64,000 nt of DNA from Candidatus Sumerlaeaceae bacterium (GTDB taxonomy: Bacteria; Sumerlaeota; Sumerlaeia; Sumerlaeales; Sumerlaeaceae): assembly GCA_051003195.1 (NCBI GenBank), contig JBPCLP010000053.1:99371-163370 (forward strand), in the 5' to 3' direction. Below the pieces are notes generated by a model, which saw only the letters and a list, made by a program, of their open reading frames with translations, was not told the DNA's origin and made no database searches. Made by a program: the position numbers and the translations under genes. This document shows, piece by piece, positions 27,069 through 37,486 of this stretch; position 1 is the first letter of the stretch, and every line of letters starts with the position of its first letter.

Positions 27069-30002
27069 ATGTCCGCTTCGGTTGACGCTTACCAGCTTCA
27101 CGTAATCTCGCACACGCATTGGGATCGCGAGTGGTACTTCTCGCATGAGAATTTCCGTCTGCGGCTGGTGGACCTGCTCGATCACCTGATTGGAATCATG
27201 GAGTCTGACCCGGAGTTTAAGTTCTTTCAGCTCGATGGGCAGACGATCGTGCTGGAGGACTACCTCGAGATTCGGCCGGCGATGCGCGAGCGCCTGCAGA
27301 AGCTGATCTCGGATGGGCGCATTCTGATCGGTCCATGGTACCTGCAGAATGACGAGTATCTGACCGATGGCGAGAGCACGATCCGCAACCTGCTGATTGG
27401 ATTTCGCCAATGCCGCCGCGACTGGGGCGTCGAGCCGATGATGGTTGGCTACATTCCCGACCAATTCGGCAACATATCGCAGATGCCGCAAATTCTGCAA
27501 GGTTTCGAAATACCCTACGCAGTTTACGGTCGGGGCTCCGAGGGGCCGAACAAGAAGCCGGAATTCACGTGGCGTTCGCCGGACGGCAGCGAGGTATTTG
27601 CCGTGCACCTGTTCCAGTGGTACAACAATGCGCAGCGGTTGCCGCGCAACCCTGAGCACGCGGTACAGATGTGTCGCGAGATCGTGACGGCGCAACGTGA
27701 TCGCGCGCAGACGGGTCACCTGTTGCTGATGAACGGCGTGGATCACCTCGAAGCGCAGGAAAACCTCGGCGACGTAATTACCGAGACCAACGCGATCGCT
27801 GACGGATTTGAACTCATCCACGATACGCTACCTCATTACCTGGAAATCGTGCGGGCAGAATTGCCAAACCCGGCAGTGCACGAAGGCGAAATGCGGGCGG
27901 GCGACGAGGGAGCCGTGCTGAGCGGAACGGCGAGCAGCCGTGTCCACCTGAAGCTGGCAAATTTCGCGTGTCAGCAGACGCTGCGGCGATGGGTTGAGCC
28001 GTTCGCGGTGTTCGCCCGGGCATGCGGGAGCGACTACGCGTGTGAGGATGTGCTGGATTATGCATGGAAAACGCTGATTCAGAACCATCCGCACGACTCA
28101 ATCTGCGGCTGCTCGATTGATGAGGTTCATTTCCAGATGGAGGCGCGGTTCCGTCGCGTGCAGGATGTCATGGCCGACCAGTTGCGCCGCAGTTTCCGCT
28201 ACCTGACAGCCGCGGTTGATGCAGGCGACCGCGATCCGCACAGCGTGGTAAACGTCTTTAATGCGCATCCGTGGATGCAGAGCGGTGTGATTGAAAGCAC
28301 GCTGGATCTCGGCGAACGCGAGTCATCCCTAGCGGATTTTCATCTCATTGATGCGGCGGGAAACCCGGTGGAGTTTGTGATCCTGGACGCGCAGCGTCTC
28401 GCGATGCGGGTGGTGAATCCGAAGCGACTGCCCAAGCAACTGGCGGTGGTACGCTACCGCGTACTAATCGAGGCGCGGGACGTGCCAGGCGTCGGGTACA
28501 AGGCGCTTTTCCTCATGCAAAAGAAGAAGCGAGCAGGCAAGGGAGTTCAGTATACAAAACTCAAACCTGCAAATGTGGGCGACGAGGACGCAGGGACTGC
28601 GGCTTCGGATGAATTAACCATACGTATGACGGGAAGCTGGGAGGACGAAGCCGCTTCGCCGGAAATCGTACCCGTGCGCGGTGATACACCGATCCCATGG
28701 AAAAAAAAGCGCGGTAAAAACGCCCGCTTTAAAGGACAGCAGATCGCAGAGGCTGATGTGACGCTGGCGAACGACTACCTGTCTGTAAAGTTCCGGGGTA
28801 ACGGCTCGTTCGACATGACGCTCGCAAACGGTCGTAAATACGAAGGACTGCACGTGCTGGAAGATGTCGGCGACCGCGGCAACGAATACATTTTCATGCG
28901 CCCGAAAAACGATACGGAACGCACGACCGAGTATATCGATGCGGAAGTGGAGATTGTCGAACACAATGCGCTGCGCCAGCAGGTGCGCGTCACGTATAAA
29001 TGGAAGCTTCCGCCAGAAGTGGACGACCGCAATGAGAGCCGTCCCGGGAAGCTGGTCGATTATGTTGTGCGATCTACCTTCACGCTTTCAAAGGGCGCGA
29101 AGCATCTTGATGTCCGCACTATCTTACATAACAACATTAAGGATCACCGGCTTCGCGTGCTGTTCCCCACGCGGCTGAAGACTGATAAGTGTTTCGCCGA
29201 CGCACCATTCGACATGGTGCAGCGGTCGTTCGACCTGAAGCAGTCGAACCGCAATAACCAGCACCCGTTGGAAAGCATGGTAACGGTGACGGACGGGCGT
29301 CACGGGCTGGCGGTGTTCAGTGCGGGTGCGCCCGAATACGAGGTGATGAATCAGGAGTCGACGATCGCGCTGACGCTGCTGCGTTGCGTGGATCTGCTGG
29401 GAGACATACCGCCAGAGGGATACGCAAAAGAGCAGTGCATCAGTGATTATACACCGGGTGCGCAGTGCCAGCGGGAGTATGAATTCCGTTACGGCATCTA
29501 TCCGTACGACGGTGTCGCGGACCCGGGACACATAAAGCAGGAATGCGAGCGGTTCGTGCACCCGATGCGAACGTTTCAACTTCCAGTCGACCGCAAATCG
29601 TGGGAAGGATTCCGACCCGGAGCGCCCAGGTTTTTCGATTACTTCGAGGATGATGCAAGCCGGCTGCCCGAGCCCGAAGTAAAGCTGGCGGCAGAGGTCA
29701 GCCTTTTATCGGTGGTCGGTGATGTAAACCTGAGCACCGTAAAATTTCCCGAGGCGCGGGATCGCGGCGGGGATGCCGGCAGCGTGCACAACGGTAGACA
29801 AAGCGCTGTTATCCGGCTCGTAAATTATACCGGTTCAGCGCAAAACGTCCGGCTGGAGACTGGCCTGCACCTGGAGAGTGTCGACCTTCTGCGAATGAGC
29901 GAAGAACCCATTAATGCAATAGAGATAACGGAGAAGAAGTCCGTCGAAATTGAGATCACGGCGAAGCAAGTGCTGACGCTTTCGCTGCAACTGCAAAGTT
30001 AA
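27069..30002 (+). CDS. Glycoside hydrolase family 38 alpha-mannosidase
   Basis: SHTHWDREW, LDGQ, IGPWY, PDQFG (nucleophile Asp), NGVDH, HPHDSICGCSIDEVH. Confidence 0.93.
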   Translation: MSASVDAYQLHVISHTHWDREWYFSHENFRLRLVDLLDHLIGIMESDPEFKFFQLDGQTIVLEDYLEIRPAMRERLQKLISDGRILIGPWYLQNDEYLTDGESTIRNLLIGFRQCRRDWGVEPMMVGYIPDQFGNISQMPQILQGFEIPYAVYGRGSEGPNKKPEFTWRSPDGSEVFAVHLFQWYNNAQRLPRNPEHAVQMCREIVTAQRDRAQTGHLLLMNGVDHLEAQENLGDVITETNAIADGFELIHDTLPHYLEIVRAELPNPAVHEGEMRAGDEGAVLSGTASSRVHLKLANFACQQTLRRWVEPFAVFARACGSDYACEDVLDYAWKTLIQNHPHDSICGCSIDEVHFQMEARFRRVQDVMADQLRRSFRYLTAAVDAGDRDPHSVVNVFNAHPWMQSGVIESTLDLGERESSLADFHLIDAAGNPVEFVILDAQRLAMRVVNPKRLPKQLAVVRYRVLIEARDVPGVGYKALFLMQKKKRAGKGVQYTKLKPANVGDEDAGTAASDELTIRMTGSWEDEAASPEIVPVRGDTPIPWKKKRGKNARFKGQQIAEADVTLANDYLSVKFRGNGSFDMTLANGRKYEGLHVLEDVGDRGNEYIFMRPKNDTERTTEYIDAEVEIVEHNALRQQVRVTYKWKLPPEVDDRNESRPGKLVDYVVRSTFTLSKGAKHLDVRTILHNNIKDHRLRVLFPTRLKTDKCFADAPFDMVQRSFDLKQSNRNNQHPLESMVTVTDGRHGLAVFSAGAPEYEVMNQESTIALTLLRCVDLLGDIPPEGYAKEQCISDYTPGAQCQREYEFRYGIYPYDGVADPGHIKQECERFVHPMRTFQLPVDRKSWEGFRPGAPRFFDYFEDDASRLPEPEVKLAAEVSLLSVVGDVNLSTVKFPEARDRGGDAGSVHNGRQSAVIRLVNYTGSAQNVRLETGLHLESVDLLRMSEEPINAIEITEKKSVEIEITAKQVLTLSLQLQS

Positions 30003-30010
30003 GTCGCTGT

Positions 30011-31138
30011 TTAGAGTGCCTCTGCAGGCGCGGGTGTATAAAGCTTCTGTGTCTTTGGAGAGAGATCCATCTCGTTCAGCTCCTGGAAGATGCTGCGCAG
30101 CAGCTTCACTTTTGCGCGATGCTGTAGAAATGCGCTCTTAAAGCCAAATATGATCAGGTCGATAATTTCGTCCAGATCGAAACCGAGGTGCGTATGGGCC
30201 CGGAAAAGTTCCTTCGTGACCGTGGTGTCGCTCATCAGGCGGTTGTCGGTGTTGATGGTGGTACGCAGCCCGTAATCGTAGTAGAATCGCAATGGGTGTT
30301 CTTCGAAACTTTTCGTCGCACGGGTCTGCACGTTTGAGGTGAGGCAGATTTCGAGTGGAATGCGGTGATCGTTGATGTAATTCAGCAGATCGCCATCTTC
30401 CTTCAGTCGAACACCATGCCCGATACGGTGGGCGCCGCAGTAATGGACGGCCTGGTGGATGCTCTCCGGGCCGTAGCTCTCGCCGGCGTGCAGGGTGCAA
30501 TTGATGTTATTGCGCAGGATGAGGAAAAACGCATCCTTGTGTTTCTTGGCGGGATAATCGGTCTCCGCGCCTGCAAGGTCGAAAGCGACAACGCCACGGT
30601 TCTTGTAAGCGATGGTGAGCTCGGCGAGCTGGTAGCTTGTCTCCGGGTTGATATTGCGCATACCGCAAATGATAACGCCCGTCTTCACGCCAAAGTCCTT
30701 CTCGCCGCGGGTAAGGCCTTCGTTCACGGCGTCGACAATGTGCGTGAGGCGAAGTCCTTTTCGGGTATGAAGGATCGGCGAGTAACGCACCTCGAGGTAG
30801 CGTACGTTCTCGGCGGCGGCGTCTTCGACCAATTCATACGCGACTCGGGCCAGCGATTCCTCATCCTGCATTACGGAAAGGGTAATTTCGAACGCTTTCA
30901 GGTAGTCCTCGAGGCTGGTACACTCCTCCCCTACCACTACATGTTTGCGTAAGCCGTCCACGCTGTCAGCAGGAAGCTTAACTTCCTGTTCTTCGGCCAG
31001 CTCCAGAATGGTGGAAACTCGCAGGGACCCATCAAGGTGGCAATGCAGCTCTGTTTTGGGGAGCTTTCGCAGAAGTTCTTCTGTGACGGTAACCTTGCCA
31101 TTCTGTTTCAAACCTGGTACACCTCGTGGGCGGCGCAT
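30011..31138 (-). CDS. add: Adenosine deaminase (start uncertain)
   Basis: LPKTELHCHLDGS, DLAGAE, HAGE, RIGHG, ICLTSN, INTDN. Confidence 0.94.
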   Translation of the reverse strand: MRRPRGVPGLKQNGKVTVTEELLRKLPKTELHCHLDGSLRVSTILELAEEQEVKLPADSVDGLRKHVVVGEECTSLEDYLKAFEITLSVMQDEESLARVAYELVEDAAAENVRYLEVRYSPILHTRKGLRLTHIVDAVNEGLTRGEKDFGVKTGVIICGMRNINPETSYQLAELTIAYKNRGVVAFDLAGAETDYPAKKHKDAFFLILRNNINCTLHAGESYGPESIHQAVHYCGAHRIGHGVRLKEDGDLLNYINDHRIPLEICLTSNVQTRATKSFEEHPLRFYYDYGLRTTINTDNRLMSDTTVTKELFRAHTHLGFDLDEIIDLIIFGFKSAFLQHRAKVKLLRSIFQELNEMDLSPKTQKLYTPAPAEAL

Positions 31139-31182
31139 GGCCGCAGATTGATCAAGTGTCTAAATAGCGAAATTGCGGCGCC

Positions 31183-31926
31183 TCATTCGGTTCGAGCCTG
31201 TATTCTTTTTGCGCGGCGATCCATCCACCAATAGGGCAGGTACAGCAGCAGGATGTTGGCCACGGCGATGAGCGAGGCAAGCAGCACATACCACGGCCAT
31301 GGCCCGAGGCGGTCAAAAAGTGAGGGATTGGACGGCTTTCGGCAGATATACGCGTAGTTGGTGTCGGCAAGCCAGTTGAACGCGCCTATAGCAAGGATGT
31401 ACGCGTAGCCCACCGCAATCATGCGAATCACCGAGGCGCGGGTCGGGCGCAAGCTGAACGCAGCGATCAGATACGCGACCGAGATAATAATTCCGCCGTG
31501 GCCGATAAAGAACCGAAAGTAGGATTCGGTGGGGAAGCCGAACGGCAGATCGGGCGTGAAGAGCGCCTGGAGTGTTCCGCCGATGCCGAAAAAGTAAGCG
31601 AATTCGAAGGGGATCTGGCGATGCGTCACAAGCGCCAGCACCGTCATTGCAACGCTGAGGTCGCACAGGTGCAGCGGCAGGCAATCGCGAATGCGATCGC
31701 ACGCATCAAGGGATGTCAGAACCCAATAGAGTTCGGCGCCTCCCCATAGGACCGCCAGCGCGAGCGCGCCGCGGTTTCGCGATGATGGCGTGACACGGTG
31801 ACCGAGAACGACGGCGCCTGCCGCGAGTGTGGCAATGCATAATAGCGCAAGGAGATGCTGGACAGAGAATGGGACAAAGGTCGGCGCCGAATCCATCGTG
31901 AGAAATACCAGGTCTTCTTTTCCCAT
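31183..31926 (-). CDS. YwaF/TIGR02206-type integral membrane protein
   Basis: LPLHLCD, GGTLQALFTPDL, NYAYICRKP...LGPWPWY. Confidence 0.85.
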   Translation of the reverse strand: MGKEDLVFLTMDSAPTFVPFSVQHLLALLCIATLAAGAVVLGHRVTPSSRNRGALALAVLWGGAELYWVLTSLDACDRIRDCLPLHLCDLSVAMTVLALVTHRQIPFEFAYFFGIGGTLQALFTPDLPFGFPTESYFRFFIGHGGIIISVAYLIAAFSLRPTRASVIRMIAVGYAYILAIGAFNWLADTNYAYICRKPSNPSLFDRLGPWPWYVLLASLIAVANILLLYLPYWWMDRRAKRIQARTE

Positions 31927-31985
31927 TGCACCGGCCGAATCAAAAATGATGAGTTGCGGACAGAGTCAATGGGGTGAGTTCTGGA

Positions 31986-33077
31986 ATGGCAAGTGTTCCG
32001 CGGTACGAAAAACTCATGCAGCTTCTGCGGGAGAAGATGACGAGCGGGGAATTTAAAGTGGGTGACCGCTTTTTCTCGCAGAATGTCCTTATGAAGAAGT
32101 ACGCGTTGAGCTTTGCCACGGTAACGCGGGCGATGAATGAGCTGGAGCGCGAAGGTTTGCTGGTGCGGGAGCAGGGTCGGGGAACGTTCGTGCGTTCGCT
32201 TCCGAACGGGAGGGGCGGCCCGGAATCGCAGGAAAGGCGTGTGGCGGTGTTTCTGCCCTGGGACGCGCGTATCCCATCGCACGTAAATTTTCAACGCTTG
32301 TACCGGGGCCTGGAAGCAGCAAGGCCGGCGCACTACAACCTGAAGATGATTCCCTATTCTAATGATCCTGCAGATCTCGAGCCGTTCCTGTTTTCACGCG
32401 AACGAGTCGACGGCATCATTTTTGTCTACCCGGGCGACCAGCATCTTGGGTTTGTAGAGACTCTATGTGCGTCGCATCCGGTGGTGGTGGTCGGGCGTAC
32501 AGTGGATAGCGGTAAGGCTGGTTTCGTGTATAGCAATAACGCCGATGCTGCGGAACTCGCTGTTTCGCATTTGATCCATTCGGGACACCGCACGATCGCA
32601 ATGATCAGCGGGGCGCTGGAAATGACCGATAGCCGGGAGCGGCTGGAGGGTTATCGGCGGGCACTTGCCAACGCTGAGATTCCGTATCTCGAATCGCTGG
32701 TCGCTTTCACGCACCCGGTGGAGCTGAACGGCTACGGTGCAACATTCGAAGTATTTGAGAAAAATCCGGAGCCTGAGATCACGGCCATTTTTGCGGCGGG
32801 TGATGTTATTGCGCTGGGAACACTGGCGGCAGCGCGCACCATGGGCAAATGCCTGCCTGATGAACTCTCCGTCATGGGATTTGACGACATGGACGCAGTC
32901 GCGGAGTTGGATCCGCCACTTACGACCATCCACATACCGATCGAGGAACTGGCGGGTCGAGCCATGTCTATGCTGGTAGCGCAGATCGGCGGGGCTGAGC
33001 CGACTGGCGAGATGCTTCCCGCGCTGCTGGTCGAACGTATGAGCGTTAAGGAAGTTGAAGCGCCTGCAGGCGTGTAA
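31986..33077 (+). CDS. GntR HTH + LacI-type sugar-binding transcriptional regulator
   Basis: N-terminal wHTH (TVTRAMNELEREGLLVREQGRGTFV); C-terminal SVMGFDD...PPLTTI. Confidence 0.9.
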   Translation: MASVPRYEKLMQLLREKMTSGEFKVGDRFFSQNVLMKKYALSFATVTRAMNELEREGLLVREQGRGTFVRSLPNGRGGPESQERRVAVFLPWDARIPSHVNFQRLYRGLEAARPAHYNLKMIPYSNDPADLEPFLFSRERVDGIIFVYPGDQHLGFVETLCASHPVVVVGRTVDSGKAGFVYSNNADAAELAVSHLIHSGHRTIAMISGALEMTDSRERLEGYRRALANAEIPYLESLVAFTHPVELNGYGATFEVFEKNPEPEITAIFAAGDVIALGTLAAARTMGKCLPDELSVMGFDDMDAVAELDPPLTTIHIPIEELAGRAMSMLVAQIGGAEPTGEMLPALLVERMSVKEVEAPAGV

Positions 33078-33240
33078 TCGTATTTTCTGCAACAAAATAA
33101 GAATACCGGGACGTTTAACCTCAGACTGCCCCGCGATGAAATAAAACAGTGGCTGAGGGCTATGTGCATAAGCCGTTGACCTGACGCGTCGTGAATTGCG
33201 ATGTCGTTGGACACCTTTTGAAGGAGACAGTACTTAACTG

Positions 33241-33729
33241 ATGGCTGCCAAAAAACGCAATGCAGACGATGATATGAATGGGCAGGAATTTGACCTGGAT
33301 GGAAATGGCGAAGAGAGCGGCGAGGACTTTTACCTGGCCGAAGTGAGTCGCTATGAGGCGACGGTAGATCGCGACCTGGACGAGGCGTTTAAGCGCTACG
33401 GTTTTACATTGTGGCATTCGCTGCCCCCGATCAAGCAGGTGCAGCTCTCGAAAAAACTGGGTTTCATGGGCAACGACGCAGTCGACCATTTTAACCTGGC
33501 CGGCGTTGAGATTGCAAACGAGCGCTGGGACCAGGCAGCCAAGCTTTTGCAGAAGAGCCTGGAACTCGACGGCACCTTCGCGGATGCTGCCTATAATCTC
33601 GCGATGGTCTATGAGAAGCTCGAGCGCAAAAGCGATGCTATTAATTTGTGGAGCCGCTTCCAGGAATTGACGCAGGCCGATGACGAGCGTCGTGTGGTGG
33701 ATGCTCACCTTACGGAGCTTCGCGGCTAA
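33241..33729 (+). CDS. Tetratricopeptide repeat protein
   Basis: HFNLAG...AAKLLQKSLELD...AAYNLAMVYE TPR pattern. Confidence 0.75.
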   Translation: MAAKKRNADDDMNGQEFDLDGNGEESGEDFYLAEVSRYEATVDRDLDEAFKRYGFTLWHSLPPIKQVQLSKKLGFMGNDAVDHFNLAGVEIANERWDQAAKLLQKSLELDGTFADAAYNLAMVYEKLERKSDAINLWSRFQELTQADDERRVVDAHLTELRG

Positions 33730-33752
33730 TTTAGTATCTTGCACGATTTGAG

Positions 33753-33799
33753 AACCGCGCCGGGATGCGATTCATGTCGCAAACCAGGCGCGGTTTTTC
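33753..33799 (+). terminator. Candidate intrinsic terminator after TPR gene
   Basis: AACCGCGCC...GGCGCGGTT stem with inner GCGA/TCGC pairing, followed by T run. Confidence 0.45.
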
Positions 33800-33826
33800 G
33801 TTATGACGCATCACGGCGGAGGATAA

Positions 33827-35185
33827 GTGCGCTTTCATTATACATGCTTGGGTGACCAGGCCCGCTTTACCTGCTTATTTGCTCTTCTGCTCCTGCTCGG
33901 GGGCGTTATGCCTGCCCGCGCGGCAACCGTAAACAGCATCGCGTGGGACAGTCAGCCGCAATACAACCGCTTCATTATGCAGTTCGATGAACTGCCCAAG
34001 TACAACACCGTGGATTCGCTGCAGCAGAGCAAACTGTTCTATGTGGACGTGTACGGGCTGAAGCAAAGCTACAATCATCGCCTGCTCCAGGTAGACGACA
34101 ACACGTTGAAATATGTCGACGCTCTTTCTTATCCGGAGCACGGCGTGCTGCGCCTGGTTTTCTACACGAAGGAAGGCACGAGCAGCTTTAAGGTTCAGAC
34201 GGTAAACGATCCACCCAGACTGGTGATCGATACCGTAAGGGAAGGCTCGGCGCAACCGGCGGCCGCCCCGAACGCACAGGCGTCAGCCTCTCAAATGACC
34301 GGCAGCGCGAACCTCACTGTGAACGCCACCCCTGTGCCTGCTGCCTCGGCGCTCGCGCAGGCAAGCTTCGCACCCAGTACGTCAGTCCCCAACATCCCGC
34401 AGCCGTCTTCGCGGCCACGGTCCACAGGCTCGAGCACGCGAAAGATTGTCATTATCGACCCGGGACACGGAGGCGCAAATAGCGGCGCGAAGTCGCGCGC
34501 GCAGGTGAACGGGCAATCGGTGCTCGAGAAGGACCTGGCGCTCCAGTTCGCATATCAGCTCAAGAAGGCAATCGATAGCTCACCGAACATGGTAGCCCTT
34601 GTTACGCGCGTGGATGACAGTAACGTCGGGCTGCAGGAACGCGTCCAGTTTGCCGAAAAGAACGAAGGCGATTTATTTGTCTCGCTGCACATGAACGACG
34701 GGGCGGGCAATTCGAACGCCCGCGGCCTGGAAGTTTACTTCATGAACGACAAGGCCACAGTGGACGGCGCGGCCAGGGCAGTCGAGGAGCGCGAAAACGT
34801 GGAAGTGGGCTCCGCGACAAAAAAGAATGGCAACTCACTGCTGAAAGAGTTGATGACGGGGTACGAGCGCGATCGCCTGCTGGACTGGCAATATGAAAGC
34901 TCCGCCTTTTGCCGGCATTTGGAACAGGCCATGCTTACCATTCCCTATTACAGTGCGAACTACCGTGGTATCAAAAGCGCCAATTTTGCAGTTCTGAAAA
35001 ACTTCATGATGCCAGCCGTGCTCCTCGAAATCGGATTCATTACCAACGCTGAGGACCTGAAGTTTTTAGTGAACCCGGAGTTTCAACAGGTTACCGCGAT
35101 AGTTGTGTTCAACGCCATTAACAGCTACTTTGCGTATACCGACCAGAGCTTCAAACCACAACAGCGCAATGTGAGCTTTCGGTGA
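33827..35185 (+). CDS. N-acetylmuramoyl-L-alanine amidase (Amidase_3) with AMIN-like N-terminal domain
   Basis: PPRLVID; IIDPGHGG, LEKD, SLHMN, MPAVLLEIGFITN zinc/catalytic motifs. Confidence 0.9.
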   Translation: MRFHYTCLGDQARFTCLFALLLLLGGVMPARAATVNSIAWDSQPQYNRFIMQFDELPKYNTVDSLQQSKLFYVDVYGLKQSYNHRLLQVDDNTLKYVDALSYPEHGVLRLVFYTKEGTSSFKVQTVNDPPRLVIDTVREGSAQPAAAPNAQASASQMTGSANLTVNATPVPAASALAQASFAPSTSVPNIPQPSSRPRSTGSSTRKIVIIDPGHGGANSGAKSRAQVNGQSVLEKDLALQFAYQLKKAIDSSPNMVALVTRVDDSNVGLQERVQFAEKNEGDLFVSLHMNDGAGNSNARGLEVYFMNDKATVDGAARAVEERENVEVGSATKKNGNSLLKELMTGYERDRLLDWQYESSAFCRHLEQAMLTIPYYSANYRGIKSANFAVLKNFMMPAVLLEIGFITNAEDLKFLVNPEFQQVTAIVVFNAINSYFAYTDQSFKPQQRNVSFR

Positions 35186-35631
35186 CACAGGCCGCTACAG
35201 GTCTTCGGCGCGAAGCGCGCCGGATTGCGATGACCGCGATCTACTCGTCGGACGTGACCGGATATCCAATGGATGAAGTATTGGATTTGATGCGTGGCCT
35301 GCATCGGGAGTGGCAGCAGTTGCCGGAATTCACGGAGCAACTGGCGTATACCGTGGTGCAGCATGCGGCAGAGATTGAGAACCAGGTAGCGGCCGTCCTT
35401 GAACACTGGAAGATCGAGCGCGTCGCCCCGGTTGAAAAGGCGATGCTGAAACTGGGCTGTGCTGAAATTCTCTATTACCCGGACATACCGCCCCGCGTTA
35501 CCATTAACGAGTACATCGAGCTGGCAAAGCGCTTTGCGAATGAGAATGCACCGTCCTTTATTAACGGAATTCTCGACAAGCTTGTCCAAATGCAAAAGAA
35601 GGCCGATTTCCACGCAGCCAGGCAGGGCTGA
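35182..35631 (+). CDS. nusB: Transcription antitermination factor NusB
   Basis: RREARRIA, WKIERV, VTINEYIELAKRF, FINGILD. Confidence 0.93.
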   Translation: MTQAATGLRREARRIAMTAIYSSDVTGYPMDEVLDLMRGLHREWQQLPEFTEQLAYTVVQHAAEIENQVAAVLEHWKIERVAPVEKAMLKLGCAEILYYPDIPPRVTINEYIELAKRFANENAPSFINGILDKLVQMQKKADFHAARQG

Positions 35632-35632
35632 A

Positions 35633-37453
35633 TCACGGAATCTCGTAGAGCGGCTTTCCGCCGTAGCGGTTTTTGAATTGCAGCAATGGCTGCAATGCCG
35701 GTGGGACATCGCCGAAGATAAAGCCCACTTGCTGCCGCTTGAGTTTTTTCAGCTCGCCGAACCTTAGCGACTGCGTTTCGGGCAGCTGCAGATCCGAAGT
35801 CAGGGCGGCACCCGTCATCACATAATGAACACGCGCCGGATACGCGGCACCATAAACCTTAAGATTTGCTGGGAGCCCCGCCGAGGAGAGGGCGGTGTTT
35901 GCGTCGTAGTCGGTAAGGCGTTGTCTAAGGTACGCAGCCCGTGCGGATTGCGAAAGCGGTGGAATGATGGTTTCATTGAGGTCGCGAAAGCTCGTCGCGG
36001 TCCGTAATGCGTACAGTACCAGCATTAAGAGGAAAGTGGCGGACGTTACGAGCACAGCAGTCGTCCTGGGGGATTTTAGAAACAGGATCAGGCGTTCAGC
36101 CATCAGCACGATTAGGACTGCGACGATGGCCATGTGTGCCATGACGTACCGGGAATCGCGTCTGACGGTCATGGTCGGAACCCCGAGCAGCAGCGCACAT
36201 CCAAGGAATACAAGCAGCAACCGGATCTCCGGACTTGTGGGAATGACGAGTTTCTTCGAGACGGCGAGTAACGTGATCGCCAGCACCATTGCTATAAGCG
36301 GCAGATAATTGCCGTAATCGCTGAACGAAAACAGCATACTTGTATAAGCGCTGAGCAGCCGCAGCGGCGAATCGAACACGGCGGGATCCACGGCGCTGAT
36401 GTCGGGCCAGTTCAGTGTCGATTCGGGGACAGCAGCGGGGCCAAGCCAGCGCATGAGGCTCGGAGCCACGGGGTTGCCCGTCCAGAGGAAATTGCGAAGC
36501 AGCCAGGGGGAGAATACCAGAAAGGCCGCAAGCGTGAAAGAAGTGAGGCCGACGATGGCCTGGTGTGTTGTTGCCTTCGTCCGCATCAGAACGTATAAGA
36601 ACGCGGTGCCTGCAGGGAGCGCAGCGTTGATGATGGCGGTGTATTTGGTTCCCATCGCGAGTCCAACAAAGGCGCCGCTCAACGCCAGCACACGATATGG
36701 AATCTGGTTACGTGTCGCAACTACCAGAAGCGCCACCGCGGCAAGCGTATAGTTTGCCGTCGCCAGGTCGACGTAGCACGATGTGGCGAGATAGGTCCAG
36801 ATTGGGAACAGGGCCAACAGAGCGGTTGCTCCAAGAGCTGCAGTGCGCCCGGCATTTAGCATTCGGGCAAATGCGTAAGTTCCCGCCAGTAACAGCACAC
36901 CTGCCCACCAGTGAAAGAGTTTTGCCAGGATATCCGTACCGAGTGTAAGCGCCATCGCATACAGGAGCTGCTGGTACTGGGGAATGTAAGTAAGTGCAGA
37001 GCCGGGGATTTCCACGTGCCCATGATTCACGGAAAAAAGCAGGGCCTCGGATATGTGATAAATGATCGCGTCGCCGCGAACCTCCGGGCTTAGCGCTCCC
37101 CCCAATGCGACTACTGCGACTACCGCAATGGCCAGAAGCAGAAGCAGGTGCGTTCCTGCCATATGGAACTGCGGAAGTTTCCAGTGCCTGGCACCCGGAA
37201 ATTCAAAGAATCCTGTGATGACCGTGGCAAAAACAAGCACGGTCATAAGGAGGTCCGCCGATACGAGGTGAAATACCCCCAGCGCGAAGAGAAGGAAGGC
37301 GAGCATTCCATTACCGGCAACGCAGCCAAGCCACGTGATACCGATTCTGCCCAGTTGCAATTCCGGCAGCAGAAACCGCAGCAGTCGCCGGCCAGCATAG
37401 CCTTGCAGCAGCGCAATCCAGCCAAACAACAGCATGTCGCGCAACACCTGCAT
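35633..37453 (-). CDS. Polytopic GT-C/ArnT-like membrane glycosyltransferase
   Basis: DAIIYH, YVDL, GLAMGTKYT, SPWLLRNFLWTGNPVAP; many TM helices. Confidence 0.75.
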   Translation of the reverse strand: MQVLRDMLLFGWIALLQGYAGRRLLRFLLPELQLGRIGITWLGCVAGNGMLAFLLFALGVFHLVSADLLMTVLVFATVITGFFEFPGARHWKLPQFHMAGTHLLLLLAIAVVAVVALGGALSPEVRGDAIIYHISEALLFSVNHGHVEIPGSALTYIPQYQQLLYAMALTLGTDILAKLFHWWAGVLLLAGTYAFARMLNAGRTAALGATALLALFPIWTYLATSCYVDLATANYTLAAVALLVVATRNQIPYRVLALSGAFVGLAMGTKYTAIINAALPAGTAFLYVLMRTKATTHQAIVGLTSFTLAAFLVFSPWLLRNFLWTGNPVAPSLMRWLGPAAVPESTLNWPDISAVDPAVFDSPLRLLSAYTSMLFSFSDYGNYLPLIAMVLAITLLAVSKKLVIPTSPEIRLLLVFLGCALLLGVPTMTVRRDSRYVMAHMAIVAVLIVLMAERLILFLKSPRTTAVLVTSATFLLMLVLYALRTATSFRDLNETIIPPLSQSARAAYLRQRLTDYDANTALSSAGLPANLKVYGAAYPARVHYVMTGAALTSDLQLPETQSLRFGELKKLKRQQVGFIFGDVPPALQPLLQFKNRYGGKPLYEIP

Positions 37454-37486
37454 CGCGCGTCAGCCTTTTCGCCGCGCCAGGATCTG

